Shown here one piece after another: positions 50,884-60,573 of a DNA stretch of 64,000 nucleotides. The notes under the pieces were generated by a model. The model was not told the DNA's origin. It ran no database searches and worked only from the letters and a program-made list of their open reading frames with translations. Location of the stretch: positions 480,001-544,000 of the forward strand of contig CBDFLQ010000005.1 in NCBI GenBank assembly GCA_965249275.1, written 5' to 3'. How positions within the stretch are numbered: the stretch's first letter is position 1; the number at the start of each line of letters is the position of its first letter. Made by a program: the position numbers and the translations under genes. This DNA comes from Dehalococcoidia bacterium (GTDB lineage: Bacteria > Chloroflexota > Dehalococcoidia > Plut-88900).

Positions 50884-52275
50884 CTAATCTTCATTCTCCA
50901 TTTGGCGGTCGGGGACACGGTATCCGGGCCGGTAACCGAGGCTGGAAGCCTGCTCAAAAGATTCGAAGTAGACGAGGTTGCCGCCGCGGAGGCGTCGGGA
51001 GGGGTGACGGCCGGCTTTGTGGTATACCTTGGTCCTGACGCTGCCGGCGGCTTCGGCCCTTGCGTCCCGGCGGCAGTAGCGGCAGCGGAGAACGGTGGGG
51101 TTTTCGTCGACACGGAAGAACTCGGGGACGATGTAGGCGCTCTCATTGTTGGAGACGCAGGTCGGGTTGGGGCACCTTATGCCGGCGTCTGACTTGTAGG
51201 GAGGATAGGTCACGGGATAGGCGAAGCTGCCGTAGTGGGCCTGCGCCTGGGGCTGGGATACGCCAAGGAGGCAAGCCAGAAGGGACATGCGGACTGGGAC
51301 GCCATAGGCAGCTTGCTTGAAATATATGCTCCTGGGGTTTTCGTCGAGGGCATAATCGATCTCGTCGACGCGGGGGAGGGGGTGCATTATCAGGGCGTTT
51401 CTGAACTGGGGGCGCTGCATGAATCGCTTGTCGAGGCGGAGGCCGCCGCCGGTGGCATCAGCTGTGGCCTCGGGGTGGCGTTCCTTTTGCATACGGCTGG
51501 CGTAGACCACGTCCAGGCTGGTCTTAGCTCTTCCCGTATCGGCAGCCTTGCCTCCCTTGGGGTGGGGTGGAAGGAGGTGGGGCCGAGTGGGCGTCTGGTA
51601 TATGGCGTCCATTTCCTTGAAGGAGCCGGACGCGTTGCCCTTACCTTCCGATACCGTACCCATGTACTCCCGGTTCAGCCTGTCTTTGACGTAGTCGGGA
51701 AGCTCATAGCCCTTGCTGGGCATGAACATGATGTTGGCGCCGAACCGGGCGAGGGCGTAGGTCAGGGAGTGGACAGTCCTGGCGCCTTTCAGATCGCCGC
51801 AGAGGGCTACGGTGATGCCGCGGATATCGCCTTTCTCACGCTTGAGGGTGTAAAGATCGCAGAGGGACTGGGTGGGGTGCTCGTGGCTGCCGTCTCCGGC
51901 GTTGATAACGGGTACGGAGGCGTAGTCGGCGAGGGCCTGCGCGGCGCCCTCCCAAGGGTGTCGGATGACTATGACATCGACGTAGCTGCTGACGACGCGG
52001 GCGGTGTCGGCGAGAGTCTCGCCCTTGGCTATGGAGGTGGTGTTTATGTCGGCGGCGGTGACGACATTGCCGCCGAGCCGGTGCATGGCTGTTTCGAAGG
52101 AGAGCCGGGTGCGGGTACTGGGTTCGTAGAATAGGCTGGCCATGACCATGCCTTTGCAGAGGTTGGACTGGCCGCGGATGTCGGCGTGCATCAGGTCGGC
52201 GAGGGAGAAGACGGACTCGACCTCGTCGTTGGAGATGTCGTCGACGGTGATAAGGTTGCGCCCCTGGAGGTTCAT
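50884..52275 (-). CDS. pyrB: Aspartate carbamoyltransferase fused to a PyrI-like Zn domain and an Ada-like tail
   Basis: FYEPSTRTRLSF, KGETL, NAGDG.HEHPTQ, MHPLPR; then CPNPTC...LRCRYC. Confidence 0.92.
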   Translation of the reverse strand: MNLQGRNLITVDDISNDEVESVFSLADLMHADIRGQSNLCKGMVMASLFYEPSTRTRLSFETAMHRLGGNVVTAADINTTSIAKGETLADTARVVSSYVDVIVIRHPWEGAAQALADYASVPVINAGDGSHEHPTQSLCDLYTLKREKGDIRGITVALCGDLKGARTVHSLTYALARFGANIMFMPSKGYELPDYVKDRLNREYMGTVSEGKGNASGSFKEMDAIYQTPTRPHLLPPHPKGGKAADTGRAKTSLDVVYASRMQKERHPEATADATGGGLRLDKRFMQRPQFRNALIMHPLPRVDEIDYALDENPRSIYFKQAAYGVPVRMSLLACLLGVSQPQAQAHYGSFAYPVTYPPYKSDAGIRCPNPTCVSNNESAYIVPEFFRVDENPTVLRCRYCRRDARAEAAGSVRTKVYHKAGRHPSRRLRGGNLVYFESFEQASSLGYRPGYRVPDRQMENED

Positions 52276-52856
52276 GTGAGTTTGAGACCTCCGGCAAAGC
52301 GGGCTCGACCTTGTACAGAAACAGCATTACCGAGCAGCACGACCTCGTCCCTGCCATCCATCTCTTCGAGGCGGACCTTGACGGTCTGAGCGAGCGAAGT
52401 GGGTATATTCTTGCCCACGTAGTCGGCGCGGATGGGGAGCTCGCGGTGGCCTCTGTCGACGAGAACAAGGAGTTGAACGGAGCGGGGTCTTCCGAGATTG
52501 ACGAGGGCGTCGAGGGCGGCACGGATGGTGCGTCCGGTAAAGAGGACGTCGTCGACGAGGACTACGTCACGATCGGTGACGCCGCCGGGTATGGGCGAGC
52601 CTGTGCCGTTGGCAGGCTGAGCGGGAGTGCTTCGGTCGTCGCGGTAGGGAGTAGTGTCAAGGGCGGCGACGGGGATTTGGCCGTTGTCATTGGAAGAAAT
52701 ATTGCGGGCGATGCGCTGGGCGAGGGGGAGGCCCCGGGTGCGGATACCGATAAGGAGAAGGTGAGAGGTGTCCGGGTGGGCCTCTACGAGCTCATGGGAA
52801 ACACGGCGGAGGGACTTGCCGATGTCGGCGGGGGACATTAGGACGGTGTCGGTCAA
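52272..52856 (-). CDS. pyrR: Pyrimidine attenuation regulator/uracil PRTase PyrR
   Basis: GIRTRG, YRDD, VLVDDVLFTGRT, LVDRGHRELPIRADYVGKN; TTG 52856 (ATG 52838 is an alternative start). Confidence 0.95.
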   Translation of the reverse strand: MTDTVLMSPADIGKSLRRVSHELVEAHPDTSHLLLIGIRTRGLPLAQRIARNISSNDNGQIPVAALDTTPYRDDRSTPAQPANGTGSPIPGGVTDRDVVLVDDVLFTGRTIRAALDALVNLGRPRSVQLLVLVDRGHRELPIRADYVGKNIPTSLAQTVKVRLEEMDGRDEVVLLGNAVSVQGRARFAGGLKLT

Positions 52857-52878
52857 AAAAATACCCCTGCTAAGGGGC
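52855..52878 (-). terminator. pyr attenuator terminator
   Basis: GCCCCU-UAGC-AGGGGU followed by AUUUUUUU. Confidence 0.7.
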
Positions 52879-52920
52879 GGCAAGGGTGTAGGCCGAAATC
52901 GGCTGCGGTAATCCTGTTTT

Positions 52921-52951
52921 CCTTGCCAGCCTCTCGGGACTGAATTAAAGG
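52921..52951 (-). promoter_or_regulatory. PyrR-binding RNA loop
   Basis: CCUUUAAUUCAGUCCCGAGAGGCUGGCAAGG matches the UUUAA...AGUCCnGnGAGGYU consensus. Confidence 0.9.
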
Positions 52952-53401
52952 TCCGTTACCGCGTTTACAGGTTTGTCGGGCGTTGATTGCGTGGGGGTAT
53001 TTTAGCGCGGTTGTGGGGGGTGGGGCAAGGGTGGGGGGCGTGCGTGCGTGCGCGTTGTGGGGAGGGTGCGACGAATTAGCAGTGCAGGGCTGCCCCCCCG
53101 CTCGACCCTTCGACTGTGCTCAGGGTGAGCGGCCCCTCCCCTGGGGATGGATTCCGGCTCTCGGCAGCTGGAATGACGGATGAGGAGAGAGGATGGGGAG
53201 GTCGGTTCGCGAACCGACCCGACGGGGAAGGGGGGAGGGAAGGAAGGCGAGGAAGGGCGTGGGAGGGCAAGTTCTAGATCCCTCGCGGGGCCTCGGGATG
53301 ACAGGGTGTGAGGGGAGGGTGCGGTAGGTGGAAAGGGTTGGGGCTGTGGGGTATGGTATCCGGGCAAGCGGGAATTTAGAGCATACGGGAGGTACTGTCT
53401 G

Positions 53402-53818
53402 ATGGAAAAAGTACGGATAATGCCGAAGGGCCATTGGTACTGGAGCATGTCGGTGCCGTTTTCGCAGGGGTGGAAGGTCGGGAAGATGATATTCGTCGGG
53501 GGGCAGATTTCGGCGGACGAGCAGGGCACACCGATAGCCCCGTTCGATATCGAGGAGCAGACACGGATCGTGTTTGAGAACGTGCGTACGGTGCTGAGGG
53601 AAGTCGGGGCGGACATGAAGGACATAGTAAAGCTGAACACTTACTACGTGGACGACTCCAAGGGTGACGATTCTCGGAAGTTCTGGGAGAAGATGACACA
53701 CGTGAGGAACCAGTACATCCCCAGTCCAGGTCCCGCGGCGACGGCGGTGAAGGTGGCCGGATTGGCATATGACGGTCTGGTGATAGAGGTGGAGGCGATA
53801 GCGATTGTGGACGAGTAG
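53402..53818 (+). CDS. RidA/YjgF family protein
   Basis: FSQG, IFVGGQ, EEQTR, DIVKLN, PAATAV, IEVEAIA. Confidence 0.93.
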   Translation: MEKVRIMPKGHWYWSMSVPFSQGWKVGKMIFVGGQISADEQGTPIAPFDIEEQTRIVFENVRTVLREVGADMKDIVKLNTYYVDDSKGDDSRKFWEKMTHVRNQYIPSPGPAATAVKVAGLAYDGLVIEVEAIAIVDE

Positions 53819-54015
53819 GGGAGGGGAATGGCGAGTGTCGAGGCTTTGTTGGAATGGGGTTGATGGCTAGAGGGACGCCTTAGATCCCTCGCGGAGCCTC
53901 GGGATGACATATAAAGGGCCTCGGGACGGCGCAAAAGGAGTGTTGCGATGGCGCAAAAAGAGGCGTCGTGTGACGCGATAAAGAATGTAGATGTAACAGT
54001 ACCAGGGGGTGAATT

Positions 54016-55179
54016 ATGAGAGGTAGCGCAGAAGCCGTGATCATCGGCGGTGGGCTGATGGGGACAAGCATTTGCTTCAACCTGGCGTCGAGGGGAGTAA
54101 AAGGCGTCTTGCTGGAAAAAGAAGGGTTGGGGGCAGGTTCGACGGGAAAGTCTTCGGGGATAACTACAGGGTTCAGCCTGCTGCTGTTCACGCACGGGGG
54201 TGGATTTGGGTCGGTGATTTCCCTTCTCGCCAGGGAAGGGCAGAGGTGGCTGAGGAACTTCAAGGAACTGGTGGGAGCGGAGTCGGGGTTCAAGGAGGTG
54301 GGGGTACTGTTCATGGCGCAGGAAGACTTGAAGGAGGCGATGACGGAGACCTTCGCCAAGGTGCGGGATCTGGGCTTCGACTCCCGGGTGATCAGCCGGG
54401 AGGACCTGAAAGAGATGGCACCCTACCTGGACCCCAGAGATGCAGGCTTTCTGGGGTTGGAGGCTAGCGCCGGTTATGCGGACCCGCCGGGAGTGGCCCA
54501 GGGATATGCGTCGGCTGCGGGGAGGCTGGGGGCCGAGATATCGCTGGGGAATGCTGCGCTCGAAGTGGAGGTACAGGGGGGTCGGGTGACGGGGGTGGTT
54601 AGCGAGCAGGGTCGGATAGCTACGGATACGGTAGTGGTAGCAGGAGGCCCCTGGAACGGGCAATTGATGAAGAAACTTGGCTACAACCTGCCCCTGCAAC
54701 CCACCAGGCACGAGGTGTTCTTCCTGAAGAAGGGCCCCGGGGCCCCGACCACGCACCCGGTGGTCTTTGACCTGATTGGCATGACCTACATGCGGGAGGA
54801 GAGCCCGGACCTGATGCTGGCGGGCGACATACAGAAGGACGAGCACGTAAATGACCCGGACAGCTTCCACCAGGGCACGACAATGGAGCAGACGCGTACG
54901 ATATGGGGACGTTTAGGCGAACTTATGCCGTCGCTGACAGATGCTGAGCTGTTCACGAGTTTCTCGGGCCTGTACACGAACACGCCTGACAACCACCCAA
55001 TCATCGGAAAGGTGGATGGAATCGAAGGGCTGTACATAGCAGCGGGGTTCAACGGTTTCGGTTTCAAGATATCTCCGGCTGTGGGCGTAGCGATGGCGGA
55101 GCTGATCACAGGGGGAGAGGCGAAGGTGGTGGATATCAGCGCGCTGGGGATGGGGAGGTTTGCTGGGGTGGAGGCGTAG
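54016..55179 (+). CDS. FAD-dependent oxidoreductase, DAO/sarcosine-oxidase-beta-like
   Basis: IIGGGLMG, GSTGKSSG, GYADP, TPDNHPIIG, GFNGFGFKISPAVG. Confidence 0.92.
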   Translation: MRGSAEAVIIGGGLMGTSICFNLASRGVKGVLLEKEGLGAGSTGKSSGITTGFSLLLFTHGGGFGSVISLLAREGQRWLRNFKELVGAESGFKEVGVLFMAQEDLKEAMTETFAKVRDLGFDSRVISREDLKEMAPYLDPRDAGFLGLEASAGYADPPGVAQGYASAAGRLGAEISLGNAALEVEVQGGRVTGVVSEQGRIATDTVVVAGGPWNGQLMKKLGYNLPLQPTRHEVFFLKKGPGAPTTHPVVFDLIGMTYMREESPDLMLAGDIQKDEHVNDPDSFHQGTTMEQTRTIWGRLGELMPSLTDAELFTSFSGLYTNTPDNHPIIGKVDGIEGLYIAAGFNGFGFKISPAVGVAMAELITGGEAKVVDISALGMGRFAGVEA

Positions 55180-55291
55180 CAGATAGGGCAACCACGATGG
55201 GTCGATAGTGCGAGGCCGTCCCTCGCTCGACCCTTCGATCCGCCTCGGCGGACTTTCAGTTGGCTCAGGATGAGCGGCCACCTTTGCGGCA

Positions 55292-57022
55292 CTATGTCGA
55301 AGGGACGACCTGCACCGTAATGATATCTGTGTCGTGGTATTTATTGTGCTTGACCGAAGATGCGTAATGACGCAGGAGGCGGAAGGAAATCTCGCCCTCG
55401 TTCCGTAGCTCAGGCTGTTCGTTCATATAGGCCAGCTTGTCTTCCAGATTCTCACCCTCAGCAGTCACTACAAATTCCATCTCAATGGCGGAGTCTGCGC
55501 GACGGGCAGCGACAATCAGGCGCTTTTTGGCATCCTCTTCCGAACCCTCATCCTGCGATAGCAGACTCGAAAGAGTTTCTTCCCCGGCTGACCTGAGCCG
55601 GTTTGTCGATGCCTCGTTCCAGCCGGCGCTTGCAGCGAATTCCTGGAGGAAGGAGTCAATTCCGGGTAACGGCGAAATGTTCATGGCGACATTCAACCGC
55701 TTGCGACGTCTGGAAGTGACATCCATGAGCAGAGTGAGCAAAATTACGCAGACCGAGCCGGTTGTCATGCCGTTGCTGAGCAGAGTCCCCAAAGTTCCAG
55801 TCAGCAGGTCGGGCAGAATCGCCTGGTTCTGAAAACCTATTCCTAACCAGAGGGACACTCCTACAACTGCGGCTTTTCGTCCATCTATGCCGTCCTTGAA
55901 AACGGTCCTCATGCCCTGAACGAAGAGGAGCGACAACAGAAACACCAAGTACGCCACCAAGACGGGGCGTGGAGTGGCGACAACCAGCGCCAATAACTTT
56001 GGAGAGACCGCTACTGCTATCAGGATCAGGCCTCCATAGATACCCATGCGACGCGCTGCGACGCCGGTGAGCATGACCCGCGCGGAATTGGTGGCTCCGA
56101 TCATATTGGGAAGCGTGCCCAGAGCGGCGGCCAGAAGATTGGTCAATACCAGCAGATGGTGCGCCCCTTGAACTACACGGAAGTCAGTGGCGCGGGGCCT
56201 GCGCCAGGCCACCTGCTGAATCACTACGGTGTCACTGATCGAATTGATGGTGGTTGCCATGTTTACTATTACGAATCCCGGCAAAATCCCCCAGAAGGCT
56301 GCGTTAAAGCTCAGGTCGAAGCCTGCCCAGGGATAGCTGGGAAAACCAATCCAGTGGGCATCCATGACTAGCTGCCAGTCGTATGCGCCGAAAGGGACCG
56401 CTATGACGCACCCTACAACGATGCCGATAACCGGCGCCCATTGCTGTAACTTGGGCGACGCGAATAATCTCAGCATCATCAGGATGAACAGAGTGGTACC
56501 TGCAAGGATGGGGGCTGCCACGGAGGGAGCGCCTTCCGGCACATCAGAAAGCCTGCTTAGTACGACGGTTATTATCGTCGAGGCCAGCAGCATCAGGACG
56601 GTCCCGGCGACCAACGGGCTGATGACACGCCGCAGCCAGGAGAGCCGGGCGATGAACACAAACTGTATCAGCGATGAAGCGACGATCAGGGTCGAAAGCA
56701 GCGCCGGACCGCCGGCCAACAGCGCTGAGATACAGATTGGTATGAAGGCGGATGCAGAAACTACGCTGAGGGAATATCCCGACCCGAATCTCCAGAATCG
56801 AAAGATCTGCAAGATACCGCCTATTCCACAGACCACGAGAGCCGAAAAGAAAATCCAGGACAGGTAACCCTGGGACTGCCCACCCGCCACGGCGATGATC
56901 GACGTAGTGGCAGCCATTGCCGCCATGCGGGTCATGACAGTCTGGAATCCAAGAACCAGAGATGCCGGATGGCTCGGCCGCTCATCCGGTTGATAGAGGA
57001 TATTTTCGTTTACCTGTGGCAT
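55292..57022 (-). CDS. NCS2 (xanthine/uracil) permease with a soluble C-terminal domain
   Basis: YQPDERP, LQIFR..RFGSG, VISPLVAG, many TM helices, ~135-aa soluble tail. Confidence 0.85.
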   Translation of the reverse strand: MPQVNENILYQPDERPSHPASLVLGFQTVMTRMAAMAATTSIIAVAGGQSQGYLSWIFFSALVVCGIGGILQIFRFWRFGSGYSLSVVSASAFIPICISALLAGGPALLSTLIVASSLIQFVFIARLSWLRRVISPLVAGTVLMLLASTIITVVLSRLSDVPEGAPSVAAPILAGTTLFILMMLRLFASPKLQQWAPVIGIVVGCVIAVPFGAYDWQLVMDAHWIGFPSYPWAGFDLSFNAAFWGILPGFVIVNMATTINSISDTVVIQQVAWRRPRATDFRVVQGAHHLLVLTNLLAAALGTLPNMIGATNSARVMLTGVAARRMGIYGGLILIAVAVSPKLLALVVATPRPVLVAYLVFLLSLLFVQGMRTVFKDGIDGRKAAVVGVSLWLGIGFQNQAILPDLLTGTLGTLLSNGMTTGSVCVILLTLLMDVTSRRRKRLNVAMNISPLPGIDSFLQEFAASAGWNEASTNRLRSAGEETLSSLLSQDEGSEEDAKKRLIVAARRADSAIEMEFVVTAEGENLEDKLAYMNEQPELRNEGEISFRLLRHYASSVKHNKYHDTDIITVQVVPST

Positions 57023-57290
57023 TGGGAGTTTTATGCTTTTCGATCAACTCGAAGGGGTGCGGTCTTCATGGGAAGTGGACTTGGACGCGACCGGGGTTGA
57101 ATAGATGGCGCCATGCTGCGACAGGGCGAACGGGGGGCTGGCCGGGGAATAGTGGAGGGCGTCCACCAGAGTAGCCCCCAACAGGGGAGGGGATGGATCC
57201 CGGCTCGGAGGCCGGGATGACGGAGGGAGAGGGGATGGATTCACGCCTCGGCGCACTTTCAGCCTGCCTTTGCAGGGATGGTGAAGGGGA

Positions 57291-58760
57291 TTACCAGTGG
57301 AGGTCTGGGTGGCGGGCGGCCTGCGCCTCGTCGAGGCGGGAGGAGGGGGTGGTGTGGGGGGCGGTTGTGACGATATCCGGGTCGGTCTCGGCCTCACGGG
57401 CGATGGACTTCATGGCGTCGACAAAGGTGTCGAGGGTGCGTTTGCTCTCACACTCGGTAGGTTCGATCATGAGGGCCTCGGGGACGACCTGGGGGAAGTA
57501 CATGGTCGGGGGGTGGAAGCCGTAGTCCATGAGGCGCTTGGAAATGTCCAAGGCCCGCACGCCCAAGGCCTTCTGCTTGGATGCCGAGAACACGACCTCG
57601 TGCATGCAAATGCGCTTGTTGGGGAGCAGGTAGTCTTCCTCCAGCCTTGAGAGGAGGTAGTTGGCGTTCAGGACGGCATTTTCGCTTATCTCCCGCATTC
57701 CGGGAGCGCCTAGGAGCCGGATGTAGGCGTAGGCCCTGAGGACGACACCGAAGTTACAGTGGAAGGCGCTTATCTTACCGATGGACTTGGAAGGCCGTCC
57801 AAGCTGGTATTCGGGGCCGGGGGAGCCGGGCGGGGACTTGTGTACGACGGGTGCGGGCAGGAAGTCGGCGAGGGACTCGGCGGCGCATACGGGCCCTGCG
57901 CCCGGGCCTCCACCACCGTGAGGGGTGCTGAAAGTCTTGTGCAGGTTGGAGTGGACGACGTCGAAACCCAGGTCACCGAAGCGGACTCGGCCGAGGATGG
58001 CGTTGAGGTTAGCGCCGTCGCCGTAGACCATTGCGCCGACATTATGGAGGGCGTCGCTGATTTCGAGGATACGGGGATTGAAGAGTCCGAGGGTGCTGGG
58101 GAGGGTGAGCATGAGGGCGGCGGTCTCTGATGTGGCGAGCTCTTTAAGGGCCTCGACGTCGAGGTTGCCCTGGGCGTCGGAGGGAGCGGTAACGAGGTCG
58201 TAGCCGCACATCTTGGAAGAGGCGGCGTTGGTGCCGTGGGCGGTGTCTGGGATGAGGATTTGCCTACGGGTGTCACCTTCGCCGCGGGACTCGTGGTATG
58301 CGCGGATCATGAGGAGGCCTGCCATCTCGCCGTGCGCGCCAGCAAGAGGAGCGAGGCTGACGGCCTTGGCGCCGGTAATCTCGGCGAGGAGGTTTTGTAG
58401 GCCGTACATGATGCCAAGGGCGCCCTGGACCGACTCGGCAGGCTGGAGGGGGTGAATCTGGGCAAAGCCCGGGAGCCGGGCGACTTCCTCGTGCCACTTG
58501 GGGTTGTACTTCATGGTGCAGCTGCCGAGGGGGTAGAAACCGCTGTCTATGCCGAAGTTCAGCTTGCTCAATCCGGTGAAGTAGCGGACCAAGTCAAGCT
58601 CACTGAGCTCCGGGATATCGAGCTCGGTGCGAAGGAGACCTTCCTCGGGGAGGGGGGCGGGGGGCACATCAAGCGCGGGGAGGGTCGTGCCCCGTGCGCC
58701 GGGGGCGTGGAGGTCTTTAAGGGTGAGCCGCCTGGATTGGGTGTCGGTGGTTTCGGTCAT
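57291..58760 (-). CDS. gcvPB: Glycine dehydrogenase subunit 2
   Basis: PLGSCTMKYNP, AHGTN, YGDGANLNA, NLHKTFSTPHGGGGPG, MIEPTE. Confidence 0.96.
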   Translation of the reverse strand: MTETTDTQSRRLTLKDLHAPGARGTTLPALDVPPAPLPEEGLLRTELDIPELSELDLVRYFTGLSKLNFGIDSGFYPLGSCTMKYNPKWHEEVARLPGFAQIHPLQPAESVQGALGIMYGLQNLLAEITGAKAVSLAPLAGAHGEMAGLLMIRAYHESRGEGDTRRQILIPDTAHGTNAASSKMCGYDLVTAPSDAQGNLDVEALKELATSETAALMLTLPSTLGLFNPRILEISDALHNVGAMVYGDGANLNAILGRVRFGDLGFDVVHSNLHKTFSTPHGGGGPGAGPVCAAESLADFLPAPVVHKSPPGSPGPEYQLGRPSKSIGKISAFHCNFGVVLRAYAYIRLLGAPGMREISENAVLNANYLLSRLEEDYLLPNKRICMHEVVFSASKQKALGVRALDISKRLMDYGFHPPTMYFPQVVPEALMIEPTECESKRTLDTFVDAMKSIAREAETDPDIVTTAPHTTPSSRLDEAQAARHPDLHW

Positions 58761-58762
58761 GG

Positions 58763-60070
58763 CTAGGACTGGGCTTTCAGTGCTTGGACCAGGTGGTCTA
58801 TTTGGTCCTTGGTGTTCATTTCGGTGGCGCAGAGGAGCATTCCGTTGGGGACTGTGTCGCTGACGTCCAGGCCGCCGATGATCTGGGCGTCGAGGAGGGC
58901 GGCGTTGATCTCAGATGGGGACTTGGGACACCGGACTACGAATTCCCGGAAGAAGGGGTTATCAAAGGGCAGGGAATAGCCGGGAAGCTCGGAGATCTGG
59001 GAGGCGGCGTAGTGGGCCTTGTGGTAACAAAGCTCCGCGACGTGGGCAAGACCCTTGGGCCCGACGGCGGTGAGATAGGCGGTAGATGCGAGCGCGACGA
59101 GGGCCTCGCTGGTGCAGATATTGGAAGTGGCGGTCTGTCGCCGGATGTGCTGTTCACGGGTCTGGAGGGTGAGGACGAAGCCCTCGCGGCCACGGTCATC
59201 GGTAGTCTTGCCGACGATGCGGCCGGGCATCTGGCGCAGGTGCTTCGTCTTGGCCGAGAAGAGACCGACGTAAGGGCCACCGAAGGTGGTAGGAGAGCCG
59301 ACGGTCTGACCTTCGCCGACTACGATGTCGGCGCCGTAGTCTCCGGGTGACTTGAACATGGCGAGGGCGACGGGGTCGGCAGAGACGACCAGGAGGGCCT
59401 TGGCCTCGTGGGCTGCCTCAGCGTAGGGAGTCAGAGATTGGATTCGGCCGTAGAAGTCGGGGTACTGGGTGATTACGCAGGCGACATCTTCGTTGACGGT
59501 GAGGGCGTCCGGTGAGACAACGGTCATGCCGATGTTCTGTGGACCCATGTAGTGAGCGATGATATCCCGATAGAGTGGGGATACGGTATCCAGGACTACG
59601 ACGTTGCGGCGTCGGGTGACCCGGCAGGCCATGAGAGCGGCCTCGGCGAGCGCGGTGGAACCGTCGTACATACCGGCGTTGGCAACGTCCATGCCGGTGA
59701 GGTGGCAGACCATGGACTGGAAGTCGTAGGTGGTCTGGAGCGTGCCCTGGCTGATCTCGGCCTGGTATGGTGTGTAGGAGGTATAAAATTCGCTGCGGCC
59801 CGTGACATGGCGGACCACGCTGGGGATGTAGTGGTTGTAGGAGCCCGCACCGAGGAAGCAGGCGTAGTCATCGAGATTTGCGTTCTTGAGGGATAGGGCG
59901 CGGAGTTCGCGGATGAGCTCAAGCTCGGAGAGGGGGGCGGGGAGGTCGAGAGGGGGGTCCCGGTGGGACTCGGGGATTTCGAGGAACAGGTCTGCTACGG
60001 AGGCTACACCGGCGGACTCCAACATGGCCTTGCGGTCGGCGTCAGTGTTGGAGATGTAGGGAGAAGTCAT
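58763..60070 (-). CDS. gcvPA: Glycine dehydrogenase subunit 1
   Basis: FLGAG, YTPYQAEISQG, MYDG, FGGP, TREQHIRR..ATSNICT. Confidence 0.96.
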   Translation of the reverse strand: MTSPYISNTDADRKAMLESAGVASVADLFLEIPESHRDPPLDLPAPLSELELIRELRALSLKNANLDDYACFLGAGSYNHYIPSVVRHVTGRSEFYTSYTPYQAEISQGTLQTTYDFQSMVCHLTGMDVANAGMYDGSTALAEAALMACRVTRRRNVVVLDTVSPLYRDIIAHYMGPQNIGMTVVSPDALTVNEDVACVITQYPDFYGRIQSLTPYAEAAHEAKALLVVSADPVALAMFKSPGDYGADIVVGEGQTVGSPTTFGGPYVGLFSAKTKHLRQMPGRIVGKTTDDRGREGFVLTLQTREQHIRRQTATSNICTSEALVALASTAYLTAVGPKGLAHVAELCYHKAHYAASQISELPGYSLPFDNPFFREFVVRCPKSPSEINAALLDAQIIGGLDVSDTVPNGMLLCATEMNTKDQIDHLVQALKAQS

Positions 60071-60111
60071 GGCTTATCTGAGTCGTCGGTTGTGGGAGTA
60101 TGGCGCTGTCT

Positions 60112-60498
60112 TTACTCGGACTCGGCGGTGAGGGCATCGTACTGGTCGGCGGACATGAGGTTGTCCATTTCGGAGAGGTCTGAGAGTTGGACTTTGAGCA
60201 TCCACCCGGCTTCGTAAGGCTCCTCGTTGACGAGCTCGGGGCGATCCTGGAGCTCGGCATTTACCTCGATGATGTTGCCGCTGACGGGGGCGAATAGCTC
60301 AGAGACGGCCTTGGGGGACTCGATCTCTCCGAAGGACTTGAACTGCTCGAGGTTTTCGAGGTCGTCGGGGAAGTAGACGAACACGATGTCGCCTAGCTGG
60401 TCCTGGGCGAAGTGGGTGATACCGACGAGGGCTACGTCACCGGACTCGATCTTGACCCATTCGTGCTCTTTAGAGTACCTCCGGTCGGTTGGGTTCAT
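60112..60498 (-). CDS. gcvH: Glycine cleavage H protein
   Basis: YSKEHEW, GITHFAQDQLGD, IESPKA lipoyl Lys, PELVNEEPY..GW. Confidence 0.96.
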   Translation of the reverse strand: MNPTDRRYSKEHEWVKIESGDVALVGITHFAQDQLGDIVFVYFPDDLENLEQFKSFGEIESPKAVSELFAPVSGNIIEVNAELQDRPELVNEEPYEAGWMLKVQLSDLSEMDNLMSADQYDALTAESE

Positions 60499-60573
60499 AT
60501 CTTCTCCGCCAAGGCCTGATGACCCTCCCTCAAACAGATTCTGCGCTAAATGGCGGGAAACATCAAGGCGGAG

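Noticed and set aside
53900-53995. 22-nt periodic degenerate repeats as a CRISPR array or operator
   Set aside because: No unique spacers or cas genes; it looks like a decayed tandem tail of the adjacent GGGATGAC repeat.
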